From positions 1-27,393 of the IMG/VR virus record IMGVR_UViG_3300037499_000222: a stretch of 27,393 nt of DNA. One strand, 5' to 3'. This DNA comes from a virus (lineage: Duplodnaviria > Caudoviricetes). A program made the translations under genes and the position numbers. Positions 15,624-25,538 of the stretch are shown piece after piece (position 1 is the stretch's first letter; each line of letters begins with the position of its first letter). Below the pieces are notes generated by a model. The model saw only the letters and a program-made list of their open reading frames with translations, made no database searches and had not been told where the DNA came from.

Positions 15624-16466
15624 ATGACGGACATCGGTCCTGTTGTAGAAGCGCACCTGGCAGACCTTTTTGAGAACGGGAAAGAGGTGCTGATCGTCTA
15701 TCCAGGCAAGCCCGAAACCAAGGTCTGGATCGAAAGACCCTCCCCTGACCAGCATCAGGAATGCCTCAACAATGCACGTGCGACTCGGGCGCGCCGCTTC
15801 TATGAACTCTCCGAGGAGAACTCAGGAGAGCGGATGGCGTTTGTCCAGGAAACGAACGCCCTGGACAAAGAGGAGCTTGTTGAAGCCCTGCTTGAGAAAG
15901 AGCGGCGAATGCTGGAACGTCAAGCTCTCAACGAAGTGCTCTTCTCCGAGGAGTTCGGGTCTGATTGGGGAAACGAGGGGGATAAATACAGTGACCTCCT
16001 TGGCGCGATCTCGGATCGGTACGCCGAAATCAACCAGCGCAACAATGAACTCAAAGCGGCCAACGTGGATGAGACGAACATCGTCAACCCCGACGACGAC
16101 GAGGAGATCGTCCGGCTCTCCAAGATCCAAGAGACATTCGAAGTCGAAGTGAAAGCCCGTCGTGATGAGCTTGCTGCCGACAAACGACTCGAAATCGCGG
16201 TTCACGGGATCGAGAAGCTCCGCGAGCAAATGCTCGAACAGCGAATCGCCCTCGAATGCGACATGGTCTGGTTCGCCACTTTCAAGTTCCAACAGCTTTT
16301 CTATGCCACCCGCTACATGGCAGATCACAGCCGTCTGTACTTCAGGAACGTCAGTCAGATCAAAGGTCTACCCCAGCTTGTCCAAGAGCAGTTGATGGAC
16401 GGTCTCAACGAAGTCGACATCGACGTGGAGGCCCTAAAAAACTCGCTCACTCCCCTCCTTTCCTGA
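15624..16466 (+). CDS. tail assembly chaperone (gpG-like)
   Basis: Acidic helical ORF between the tail tube and tape measure genes, with a slippery site near its end. Confidence 0.75.
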   Translation: MTDIGPVVEAHLADLFENGKEVLIVYPGKPETKVWIERPSPDQHQECLNNARATRARRFYELSEENSGERMAFVQETNALDKEELVEALLEKERRMLERQALNEVLFSEEFGSDWGNEGDKYSDLLGAISDRYAEINQRNNELKAANVDETNIVNPDDDEEIVRLSKIQETFEVEVKARRDELAADKRLEIAVHGIEKLREQMLEQRIALECDMVWFATFKFQQLFYATRYMADHSRLYFRNVSQIKGLPQLVQEQLMDGLNEVDIDVEALKNSLTPLLS

Positions 16467-16783
16467 GCCTCATACGGGCACAGCGGGGAGCGGGAGGACC
16501 TTTCTGGCCGGAAGGAATCCACAAGTCGTCCCAGGCTCTTGTGCATGCGGTAAACGAGGCGCTCATGGTGATAAGCTGGCACGAGAACCTGCCAAAGGAT
16601 GAGGTTCCACCACGCCACATTTGGTGGAGTGGCGACCTGCTGGACAACTGGTTTGAGGATGTAGACCGACGCCGTAAGCGGAAGACGACAGGAAAGTCGT
16701 CGACCTACGACGAGGCGGACGAGACGCCCTCCATGGGCAACCAGTTGGCAGAAGAAGTACGAGAGAAACTCATCCCGAGGTAG
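16436..16783 (+). CDS. tail assembly chaperone extension (gpGT-like) reached by -1 frameshift
   Basis: A AAA AAC at 16436-16442 in the correct phase; the -1 frame is open to TAG at 16783, 3 nt before the tape measure gene. Confidence 0.8.
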   Translation, partial: KKLAHSPPFLSLIRAQRGAGGPFWPEGIHKSSQALVHAVNEALMVISWHENLPKDEVPPRHIWWSGDLLDNWFEDVDRRRKRKTTGKSSTYDEADETPSMGNQLAEEVREKLIPR

Positions 16784-16786
16784 TGC

Positions 16787-19700
16787 GTGGCCGAGCAATT
16801 CCTGTTCAGATTCGATGAAGAAGGTCTCGACCGCATCATCCAGCGGGTTGAAGAGTTTCGGCGTCACATTCGTGAGGTAGGCCAAGCGGGAGAGCTTGGT
16901 GAAGGCTTTCAACGGTTTTTCAACCAGTTCATAGCTGGGACGAGACAGTCGCTGAAGACTGTTCGTGATCTTAGAAGCCAGATCGTCCAACTCCAGACCG
17001 AGTTGGCGAGTGCTCGGTTCACCACCGAGCTTGAGGCTCTCAGCAGGTTTCGGTTCGGGGAGCGGGTCACAGAACAGATAGCAGGAGCCGTACCTGGGTT
17101 GAAACCAGGTGAGGTTTCGACGATTGGTGTCAGAGATCGAGTTCAGGCGGAAGCTGCTGCCCGCCTCACCGAACAGCGGCAACTCCAACAGCAACTCGGA
17201 GAGCGGATCAACGCGCTCAACGAGGAGACGATACGACTCGAACAAATCCAGTTCGCTGAAGAACAAAGACTCAGCCAGGAGCGGCAACGTCAAGCCAACC
17301 TTGCCGAGTACACCAACCGGCTCGAAGCTACACGAGCCAGTCTCCTAGCGAGGGTCAGGGACATTCGTCCTGGGGGGACGCGTCTTCGGGAACTCACCCT
17401 ACAGCGGGAGAATGAACTTACCCAGCGTCAGATCCAGCTACGCGAACAGTTGGCTGAGACGATCGCCCGGTTTTCACAGGGTGTGCCACGGGAGGCAGCC
17501 GCTCTACTCAAAGAGGAGATCAGTCTCACTGCCCAGGTCACGGCAGCCAAGCAGCGGCAGGTCAACGCAGAACGTGAGATTGCGCAGATACAGGCACAAG
17601 CCGCGGCATTAGACCTGAAGAAGGCGGGACGGTTCGCGGGGACGGCTTCGGAAGCCGAAGTTAACGCTCTGCTTGAAGTGCAGAACTCGATACGTGGTCG
17701 ACTTGCGGCGGCTAGGGAAGAAGAGCTTCGGGCCACTGTCGCTGTCACGACGCTCGAACAGCAGCGAGCGGCCAACTTGGAGCAAATGGCGTCGATCGAA
17801 TCTGGGGGGACAGGGCTGTCGCGTGGCGCAACGGAGGTGCTCAACCGTCTACGGCAGATCAACCAGCTACTCACCGAATTCGATGCGAGCAGTGACGTGC
17901 TCGGAGATGTTTTCGGGGAGGACATTCAACGTCAGCTAGCTGAAGTGGAAGCAGATCTTGCCGCTTTCGAAGGTCGAGACATTTCGCTACTCGATCCGGC
18001 GGAAGGGGAGCGTCTCTCAACAGCCACCATCCGTGCTCGTGAGCTTCTCCAGACCGTGGATAAGTTTCCCACCGAGGGTATTCCTCTACGTCTCAATGAA
18101 GAGGAACTGCTGGCGGGGGTCAGTCTTCTCAATCGTGTTCTGTTGGGAGCCGCACGAGATTTCGGACGAAGGTTCACGGCCACACTCCAGTTCGCCATTT
18201 CTGGTGCTCTCCTCTTCGGTACTCAACGCTTGCTTCGCCAGTTCTTCGATGCTGCGGTCGAAGTGGAACGCACCTTCGCTGACATCTCCACCTCTCTTGA
18301 ATTCGACATCCAAGCTGAGAGGGGTACCGCCGAATTCGAACGTGCGCTAGAACGTGTCCGCCGCCAAGTCCTCCAAATCGCAGATGATTTCAATACCTTG
18401 CCCACCGAAGTCAATGCGGCGGCTTTCCAGATGGTGTCCCGGTTCGGGGATGTTGAAGCTGCGATGATCGCGACACGAGCACAAGTTCTCGCTACCCGTG
18501 TCGCCACCATCTCCCAGGCGGAAGCCCTACGTGCACTCACCGGGGTTGCAGAAGCGTACAGCCTGACCCTCTCCCACATCACCGATGACCAGGAGCGGCA
18601 GCGGCGTCAAGCCCAGTTGTATGCCGACGCGCTGGACAAGGCGACCATCATCCAGCAACGGTTCGGTATCTCCGTCGAGGATGTGCTGGAGGGAGCAGGC
18701 GGAATCGCTGAGCTTTTCCGTACCTTGGGATTCACAATCGACGAGACATTCGCCATTGTCGCCGCCACAGTTCGGAGAACCACCCAAACTGGTGCACAAG
18801 TATCCGATCGTCTCGGGCGGGCATTCTCATCAATCGAGACTGAAGAGGTACGAAACGAGCTTCTCGCTCTTGCCAACGACTTCGATGAGTTCTTCCTCCG
18901 GCCAATCGACTTCTTCGAAGGCGGACGGGAGGTTTTCTTCCAGATCGCTGACCAATTCGCCAGCCTCGATCAGCAACTGCAAAATCGGATCGCACAGATC
19001 ATCGGTCAACGACGAGAAACCGCCTTCGTCACAGCCCTCTTCCAGGCCGCAGGCGAGGGCCTTGTAGGTGACATCATCGACCAGGTGGACGATGCGACAG
19101 GAGCAGCCGAAAACCGACTTGGTACCCTTCTTGCCACAGTCCAGGGGACGATCGAGGGGATCTCCACCGAATTCCAAGAACTCGCCCAGAATCTAGAACG
19201 TCTCGGTATCATCACCCCGATCCGTCTCCTGCTTTCAGGACTCGAACTCATCTTGAAGACCCTCAACGCCCTCACCACAGGGCTGCTCAACCTGGTTGAG
19301 CTTTTTAACCGGATCAGGCTTCCAGGCACTGATTTCGGGCTTGGTAGCGCCCTCACTGCCATGATCGGTCTTCTCACAGCCGCAGCCTCCTTCCGGGGGA
19401 TCATCAAAAGCATCACCTTTATCGCCCAGGCGAAGGGAGCTACCACCCTTATCGACGTGTTCCGAAGTCTTCTCGGATTGAACCTGAAGGGAGCGCCCAG
19501 CCGTGCAACGGACATTGGAGTGAGCGCGGCCGGAGTTCTCGGAATCTCATCCTTTGTCAGTCAGATCAAAGTCGCAGATGGTCTGATCGGGAAAGTCGGT
19601 GCCGGGCTGAAAACCCTCTTCATCGCACCATTCGTAACCCTTCTTGGATTGCTTAACACGGCCAAGATCACACTGGGCGGATGGGTTACAGCCCTGATCA

Positions 19701-22192
19701 CTGGACAGGTAGCAACGGGAGGGGCGATAACTACCGAGATTGGATTGCAACTCGCACGCGCCCGCACCGCAGTGATCAACGGCATCCTCACCATCCAACA
19801 ACTCGGTCTGGCAGGGATACTCGCCCGAGTCGGACCACTCCTCGCCGGGTTTGTCCTCAGACTGGGGGGGGTGGCAAGAGCGGCATTCTTGGCTCTCGGT
19901 GCCTTCACCACGTTCCGGGTCGCTCTTGGTGCCTTCTCGTCCATTGCGGAACGGATCTTCAGTGATCAGGAAGGTCCATCCGGTCCCGGAGCACTGGAGA
20001 GGAGGGCACAGATAAAAGCAGAGGCTGAAGCAGCCGGGAGGTCGGTCAGTGACGCTGAAGCTGCCATTCAACAACTCGAAGAGCGTGCATCGCAACTGAG
20101 AGAGACGCTAGAAGGCGCAGCCGGATCTCTGGAAGCAGACTTCAGATCGTTCGGTCTGATCTTGCTTGGTCTGGGCAGCCAACTGAAAGATCAACCCGGT
20201 ACCCGAGAGAACATTGAGCGGGAAGAACGACAGGTCGGATTGGAACTCGCTTTCGCCAACGCTGTCCGACTCCAGGCCGAGGTGGGGCGTCTCAATGCTG
20301 CTCTCGGCTTCACCGGAGACGAACTCGCCCCCTCCCTTCAGGACAGCCAACAGTTGGTCAACGCCATCTTCAACGCTCTCGTCGGGATCGACGCTATCGA
20401 TCCAGACCCAGCGGATCTGGAAGCTGCTCAAAGACTCCTTGATCAGGCTCGGGCCGGTATGGAAACCGCAGCGGATCTTCTGGGTGAATGGGGGGAGGTG
20501 ATGACCGCGCAAGAGATCCGCGACGAAATCAACAGTCTTCAGACGAACATCCAACTCGGATTCAGGACGTTGGCCGGAGCGCGGCAACGACTACGAGAAT
20601 TGCGGGCGGACGCTATCCAAGGTCTCGCCCAAGCCCAAGCAGGGGGCGATCCTGCCGCCATAAAAGAGGCTGAACGTGTGCTGCTTGACATCGCCCTCAC
20701 TGACCAGCAGGTCTTCGAACAGGAGCGTGATGCCCGGTTAGATCGTGCTGCTCTCATTGAGGACAATCGGATACGAACCCTGGCGGAACTGAGAATCCTC
20801 AGAGATTTCGCGGAGGCGGCAGCCAATAACCCCAATCTGGGGTTGGGGGCTGTGCGTCAAGCCCAGCAGGCTGTCGTTGACGCCGAACATGCGTACAACA
20901 ATGCCATCCTTGAAGAGGCAGTCGCCCGACGACAGTTCGAGGTGGATACTGCACGAACGTTCACGGAGCGGATCGCTGCTTTCAAACGGCTGCTAGGGGC
21001 TATCAACGCACAGATTGCTGCTCGGATCAGGTCCACTGCGGAAGCTCTCGTCCCCGATTTCGGTAGTGGCACTATCGCCAACATCATCGAAAGTGTCGCC
21101 GCGTCAGTCATTGCCGTCTCGGGGATAATCAACCGGACAGCCGCCGAGGACGCCCAGGTACAAGCCATCCTCGACCAGATCGCAGACGAGCAACTCCGAT
21201 ACGCCCAACTGGTGGCACGCAACTCGACGCTGAAGAACAAAAGCTCACTCGACAACATTGCGGCGATAGCAGCCACCGCCAATGCTCTCCGTGCGGAAAT
21301 CCAACTGCTCAGACAGCGTGGTGCCGACGAACAGGAGATCCTCGCCAAGGAGATCGAACTCCGAGACACTGTTGCCCAGCAGCGGCTTGCCGAAGCTGAC
21401 CGTCGTGCCGCCTTCTTCCGTCTCACCGCGGGCACCGGAGACGAGATCCGAGCAGCGCAAGCCGAATTGAGGGCAGCACAAGACCGGCTGGCCACCGTCA
21501 CCGCGCTCGGGGGAGCCGAAACCCAACAGGGATACGAGGCGGAACTTGCCGTGTTGCAGGCACGAAGACGACTTGTCGACCTGGCTCTCCGACAGGCGGA
21601 CCTGTCACGCCGTGTTGCATCCGACCTGACCGACAGTTTTGAACAGTCGCTGCTCGATGTCCAGGCAGCACAAGAAGCTCTGAGACGGGCGGCGGGAGAC
21701 CTCGAAAAACTGGAAGCACAGAAGGCTCTGGCGGAAGCCGAATCTCGCGCCCAACGGGAGTTTTACGATCGGCGTCTATCAGACCTGGACTTCCTGTTCC
21801 AGACTGATCAGCTTGGTCGAACCCAGTACATTGCGGCTCTCCGTAGTCTCCAGGCCGGTATCGACCGGACCACACGACAGGGGGAGGAACTCTGGCGGGA
21901 GATCGAAATTCAAATCCGGGGTCTCATGGAGGACGCCAACCAGGCTTTCAACATTCCCACCGAAATCCAACTCCCCACCCTCTTCGAAGTACGACGTGCC
22001 CTGGCAGCCGATGCCCTTGGGGTCAACTACCAGGACATGCGACAACAAGAAATCAACATCTTCGTCTCCGATGAAGTGGATATCAACGCGGTCATCGCAG
22101 CGATCGAATCATCGTTCGGAGGAACGATCGACCTTGAAGCGCAACGCCTGGCATCAGGTGGGGCAGGTATCACAATCGGAGGGTTCAACTGA
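16787..22192 (+). CDS. tape measure protein
   Basis: 1801 aa, Ala/Leu/Gln/Glu helical, TP901-like core (AAVEVERTFADI...), central hydrophobic Gly/Ala/Leu region; synteny. Confidence 0.92.
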   Translation: MAEQFLFRFDEEGLDRIIQRVEEFRRHIREVGQAGELGEGFQRFFNQFIAGTRQSLKTVRDLRSQIVQLQTELASARFTTELEALSRFRFGERVTEQIAGAVPGLKPGEVSTIGVRDRVQAEAAARLTEQRQLQQQLGERINALNEETIRLEQIQFAEEQRLSQERQRQANLAEYTNRLEATRASLLARVRDIRPGGTRLRELTLQRENELTQRQIQLREQLAETIARFSQGVPREAAALLKEEISLTAQVTAAKQRQVNAEREIAQIQAQAAALDLKKAGRFAGTASEAEVNALLEVQNSIRGRLAAAREEELRATVAVTTLEQQRAANLEQMASIESGGTGLSRGATEVLNRLRQINQLLTEFDASSDVLGDVFGEDIQRQLAEVEADLAAFEGRDISLLDPAEGERLSTATIRARELLQTVDKFPTEGIPLRLNEEELLAGVSLLNRVLLGAARDFGRRFTATLQFAISGALLFGTQRLLRQFFDAAVEVERTFADISTSLEFDIQAERGTAEFERALERVRRQVLQIADDFNTLPTEVNAAAFQMVSRFGDVEAAMIATRAQVLATRVATISQAEALRALTGVAEAYSLTLSHITDDQERQRRQAQLYADALDKATIIQQRFGISVEDVLEGAGGIAELFRTLGFTIDETFAIVAATVRRTTQTGAQVSDRLGRAFSSIETEEVRNELLALANDFDEFFLRPIDFFEGGREVFFQIADQFASLDQQLQNRIAQIIGQRRETAFVTALFQAAGEGLVGDIIDQVDDATGAAENRLGTLLATVQGTIEGISTEFQELAQNLERLGIITPIRLLLSGLELILKTLNALTTGLLNLVELFNRIRLPGTDFGLGSALTAMIGLLTAAASFRGIIKSITFIAQAKGATTLIDVFRSLLGLNLKGAPSRATDIGVSAAGVLGISSFVSQIKVADGLIGKVGAGLKTLFIAPFVTLLGLLNTAKITLGGWVTALITGQVATGGAITTEIGLQLARARTAVINGILTIQQLGLAGILARVGPLLAGFVLRLGGVARAAFLALGAFTTFRVALGAFSSIAERIFSDQEGPSGPGALERRAQIKAEAEAAGRSVSDAEAAIQQLEERASQLRETLEGAAGSLEADFRSFGLILLGLGSQLKDQPGTRENIEREERQVGLELAFANAVRLQAEVGRLNAALGFTGDELAPSLQDSQQLVNAIFNALVGIDAIDPDPADLEAAQRLLDQARAGMETAADLLGEWGEVMTAQEIRDEINSLQTNIQLGFRTLAGARQRLRELRADAIQGLAQAQAGGDPAAIKEAERVLLDIALTDQQVFEQERDARLDRAALIEDNRIRTLAELRILRDFAEAAANNPNLGLGAVRQAQQAVVDAEHAYNNAILEEAVARRQFEVDTARTFTERIAAFKRLLGAINAQIAARIRSTAEALVPDFGSGTIANIIESVAASVIAVSGIINRTAAEDAQVQAILDQIADEQLRYAQLVARNSTLKNKSSLDNIAAIAATANALRAEIQLLRQRGADEQEILAKEIELRDTVAQQRLAEADRRAAFFRLTAGTGDEIRAAQAELRAAQDRLATVTALGGAETQQGYEAELAVLQARRRLVDLALRQADLSRRVASDLTDSFEQSLLDVQAAQEALRRAAGDLEKLEAQKALAEAESRAQREFYDRRLSDLDFLFQTDQLGRTQYIAALRSLQAGIDRTTRQGEELWREIEIQIRGLMEDANQAFNIPTEIQLPTLFEVRRALAADALGVNYQDMRQQEINIFVSDEVDINAVIAAIESSFGGTIDLEAQRLASGGAGITIGGFN

Positions 22193-22563
22193 TGGCCCAG
22201 TGGACCCTCACCGACTTTTCGACCGGGACACCCGAAGTGTTCACTTTCGAATGGAACCCCAACAAGTTCGATCCGGCTGGGCGAAGCTCCAACATCCTCG
22301 CAGAACTCACCACGGCACCGAATGGTCAAACCATCCTCTTCCAGGGGAGGGACAAGGTGCGCCGACAAACGTTCGAAGGAGCGGTCGGAAGCCAGCAGTT
22401 CTATCAGGATCTCGACTTCTGGAAGGATAAGCACTATCCCCTCGAACTCAAAGACGATCAGGGGAGCGCCTGGACCATCCTCATCGAAGAGTGGAAATGG
22501 ACACGGGTGAAACGCCGTAACCCGTGGCGTTACGACTACACAGCACAGGTGATCGTCCTGTGA
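22192..22563 (+). CDS. distal tail protein (Dit)-like minor tail protein
   Basis: 123-aa beta-rich ORF right after the tape measure gene, FTFEWNP motif, TGATG coupling. Confidence 0.6.
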   Translation: MAQWTLTDFSTGTPEVFTFEWNPNKFDPAGRSSNILAELTTAPNGQTILFQGRDKVRRQTFEGAVGSQQFYQDLDFWKDKHYPLELKDDQGSAWTILIEEWKWTRVKRRNPWRYDYTAQVIVL

Positions 22564-25538
22564 GACACATGACCGAGGACCTCTGGGACCTGTGGGAGGC
22601 AGGCCAGTTTGTCGGTGACACTAAGCCGGTTGCTCGCGCCATCATCCAGAAGGCCACACTTCGCAAATACGGGCCGTGGCGCAGTCTCGCCTTCGGCCAA
22701 GACCAACCTCATTACGAGATCCCCAACATCAGAACGGTGACCAGAGACAACCGTCACCAGTCCGATGCCGCCTCCATGACGCTGACCTTCCTCAACCAGA
22801 CACCCGTCGACCTGATGGCCAACCTGGATCTCGATCATGCTGGCGGCACGTCAGGCCCCAGCATCCGAAGCCTCAAAGATCTGGCGCAACCTGGCTACTA
22901 CACATTCCGTCGTGGCATTACTCCCGAAAGTCTCCCCCGGTTCGGACACGGGCAGGACCCCGTATGGGTGGACATGCTCATCCCCAACCGGGTCATTCGA
23001 ACATTCGAAGGCTGGGGAACGGATGGGGCGGTCAACCCGTGGAATGACACCAAACTGATTCTCACCGGCACCTGGCTGATTGACAGCGTTGAGTACAACG
23101 CCAATGGGATCATCACGCTCAACTGTCGGGATGTTTCAAAGCTGCTTATCGAACAGCGGCTCTACCCGCCGATCATCCCAATCAAACAGTATCCCCTTGA
23201 ATTCTGTGCCACCTACTCGGAGACTACTACTGAGACTTTCACGACCAGCGAGACGATCATTCACGAAGGGAGCAAAGGTGAGAACGTAGCCCAAATCCTG
23301 CTCTGCAAAGACGGATACATCTCTTCGAACACTCCCTGGTACGGATGTCACAATCCGGTCTACGGCCACCTGGAACGACATGCTTTCGACGGGGACACGT
23401 CCACCTACTGGCTCTCCATGGGGAACAACGGTCCCAACGAACTCTGGTCATACGAATGGATCGGAGCACGCACTTTCGGGGAGCCGGTTAACAAGATACG
23501 GCTCAAACCCAAATGGGGTGGCTATGTCTGCTACGTGGGGGTCATGGAAAACGGCAAATGGCAAGGCGACAAGATCGTCCCCTACGGCTATTGGACATCT
23601 CCCGCCTACCCCAACCAATCCAACAAGCCGTACGTCAAAAAGGTCAACATCCCGAAAAGCGAAGCCTGGTTCGAAATCGAACTGCCTCGCGTCTACAGCG
23701 CTGACCAGGTGCGAGTCACCTTCACCAACCTCCAAAACTCGGGTCTGGGAAACAACCCTTACCGAGCTGCGATCTATGAATTCCAAGCCCTCGCTGACAT
23801 CCCGCCACGCACCGAAATCATCAAAACGGAGGAAACACGCGATGTCGAACGGATCATCCCCGGCAACATCAACGACTACACCGATATCGTCAAAGTCCTA
23901 GCCTCATGGTCAGGCTTCTACTGGCCGTTCGGGTTGTCAGACCCCATTCTCCGGGCATGGGAGGAAGGGGAGGGAGATGGCAGCACCAGCGGACGCGTCT
24001 GGGGAGATTTCGCCTATTCAGGAGCCTATCCGGTAGACCCACCCTGTATTCCAGCCTCCTTCTGGGACAACAAATCCGTCATGGATGGGATCAACCAGAT
24101 CAAAGAGATCCTCGGTTTCATCTGCTACGCCGACGCTACCGGAGGTCTCGTCTGGCGGATGCCCAACATCTGGCGTACTGGCAACTTCATCACCGGATTC
24201 GGGTTCATCGGGGCTGACAGCATCCGCACCGTAGACGAAAACAAGGTCCTCATCGACTATGGGGTCACCATCGACGACAACAACCTCCGCTCGGAGATCA
24301 TCGTCGTATCCGCAGACGATCCGACACTGCACACGGCCATACAGCCGGGCTGGGGTAAGGGCGAAGTGATTCCATCCGCCGTGGACCCCGCAGGCGACCT
24401 CGCCCTGCTGGGAGGCCAGGAGCGGATAATGCTCGTCCCCAACTATCCGTTCATCTCTCAGGCTGAAGTAGACAAGTTCGCCTACCTGGTCTCCCTGTGG
24501 ATTCACTGGTCATACCGGAAAGGCAAGTTTCGCATACCAGGCAATCCAGCTTTCGAGCCGGACGACCAGGTGCGGATCTTTGAACGGATCACGGAAGAGT
24601 CCTACATCCACTACATCCAGGGTGTCCGCTCGGTCATGGATCTCGATAAAGGCACCTGGTATCTCGACGTGGACACCCACTGGCTGGGGGTCGGACCCGA
24701 CCAGACGTGGGTGGTCAACACCTACAAGGACATGCCTCCCGCCCTCTACGCCTACCTGGTCGCCATAGGAGAGATCACTGAAGACGGCGACCCAGACAAC
24801 TTGCCCGAAGGCTGGGACCCCAACTTCACCATCCCCACCTTCCCCGATGATGTCCCACGTCTCGATGAGAATCTTGAAGAACTGTTCCCCGACCCGCCTG
24901 CTGTCGAATTCCCATACGACGACTCATGGTCCGATTTTGATATTGCTCAGAACATCGGATCTGGCTATGTCACACCTCCAATTTCAGGCGGAGGGGGAAC
25001 GGTTAACCACCGCTCGGAGGCGTGGCGATACGCCTACTGGGGAGCACGCGGATCAGACCTCACCACCTTCACTTTCATGTATGCCTATCCGCCACCGACC
25101 AGTTTCGCCGCGCCGTACAGCCATCCCGGCCAAGCAACCACTGTTCGCACCACCGTCCCAAGGGCTGCCGTGACAGCCTATAGGCTTGCCGCTGGGATTT
25201 TCGCTGACGAAGACTATTACGTCTACTCGTGTGGAGCTTTCGCTGGTGTGGACCGCAAGATCTCGGGGACGAATGTCTACTCAGCGCATGCCTGGGGTCT
25301 GGCCATCGACATCAACCCCAACATCAACAACTGCTGTACTACGCCATGGGCCACCTGGCTTGCCCGCCCTCAGTCTCCGAAGCTCTACAACGCCGCGATA
25401 CGTATCACCAACATTCGTACGAACGACACCAACCAGAGAGTTTTCGGCTGGGGCGGCTACTGGAAGACCAAGAAGGATTACATGCACTTCGAGATCATCT
25501 GCACCCGGACCCAGATCAGTGAAGGGGTACACACCTGA
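22560..25538 (+). CDS. baseplate hub/Tal protein with a discoidin/CBM-like insert and C-terminal M15 peptidase
   Basis: GTGA overlap with Dit; hub motifs (ITLNCRDVSKLL, IPGNPAFEPDDQV); HAFDGDTSTYW; R...SAHAWGLAIDIN...WGGYW...DYMHFE. Confidence 0.8.
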   Translation: MRHMTEDLWDLWEAGQFVGDTKPVARAIIQKATLRKYGPWRSLAFGQDQPHYEIPNIRTVTRDNRHQSDAASMTLTFLNQTPVDLMANLDLDHAGGTSGPSIRSLKDLAQPGYYTFRRGITPESLPRFGHGQDPVWVDMLIPNRVIRTFEGWGTDGAVNPWNDTKLILTGTWLIDSVEYNANGIITLNCRDVSKLLIEQRLYPPIIPIKQYPLEFCATYSETTTETFTTSETIIHEGSKGENVAQILLCKDGYISSNTPWYGCHNPVYGHLERHAFDGDTSTYWLSMGNNGPNELWSYEWIGARTFGEPVNKIRLKPKWGGYVCYVGVMENGKWQGDKIVPYGYWTSPAYPNQSNKPYVKKVNIPKSEAWFEIELPRVYSADQVRVTFTNLQNSGLGNNPYRAAIYEFQALADIPPRTEIIKTEETRDVERIIPGNINDYTDIVKVLASWSGFYWPFGLSDPILRAWEEGEGDGSTSGRVWGDFAYSGAYPVDPPCIPASFWDNKSVMDGINQIKEILGFICYADATGGLVWRMPNIWRTGNFITGFGFIGADSIRTVDENKVLIDYGVTIDDNNLRSEIIVVSADDPTLHTAIQPGWGKGEVIPSAVDPAGDLALLGGQERIMLVPNYPFISQAEVDKFAYLVSLWIHWSYRKGKFRIPGNPAFEPDDQVRIFERITEESYIHYIQGVRSVMDLDKGTWYLDVDTHWLGVGPDQTWVVNTYKDMPPALYAYLVAIGEITEDGDPDNLPEGWDPNFTIPTFPDDVPRLDENLEELFPDPPAVEFPYDDSWSDFDIAQNIGSGYVTPPISGGGGTVNHRSEAWRYAYWGARGSDLTTFTFMYAYPPPTSFAAPYSHPGQATTVRTTVPRAAVTAYRLAAGIFADEDYYVYSCGAFAGVDRKISGTNVYSAHAWGLAIDINPNINNCCTTPWATWLARPQSPKLYNAAIRITNIRTNDTNQRVFGWGGYWKTKKDYMHFEIICTRTQISEGVHT

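Noticed and set aside
16355-17293. 312-aa minus-strand ORF and many other antisense ORFs in the track
   Set aside because: They shadow well-supported + strand genes, as expected at high GC, and have no RBS or recognisable motifs
22524-22559. ORF-track start for Tal at 22524 (and long starts at 536, 2076, 3410, 12499, 13168, 16256)
   Set aside because: Downstream starts with stop-start overlaps or RBSs, or the frameshift, explain these genes better
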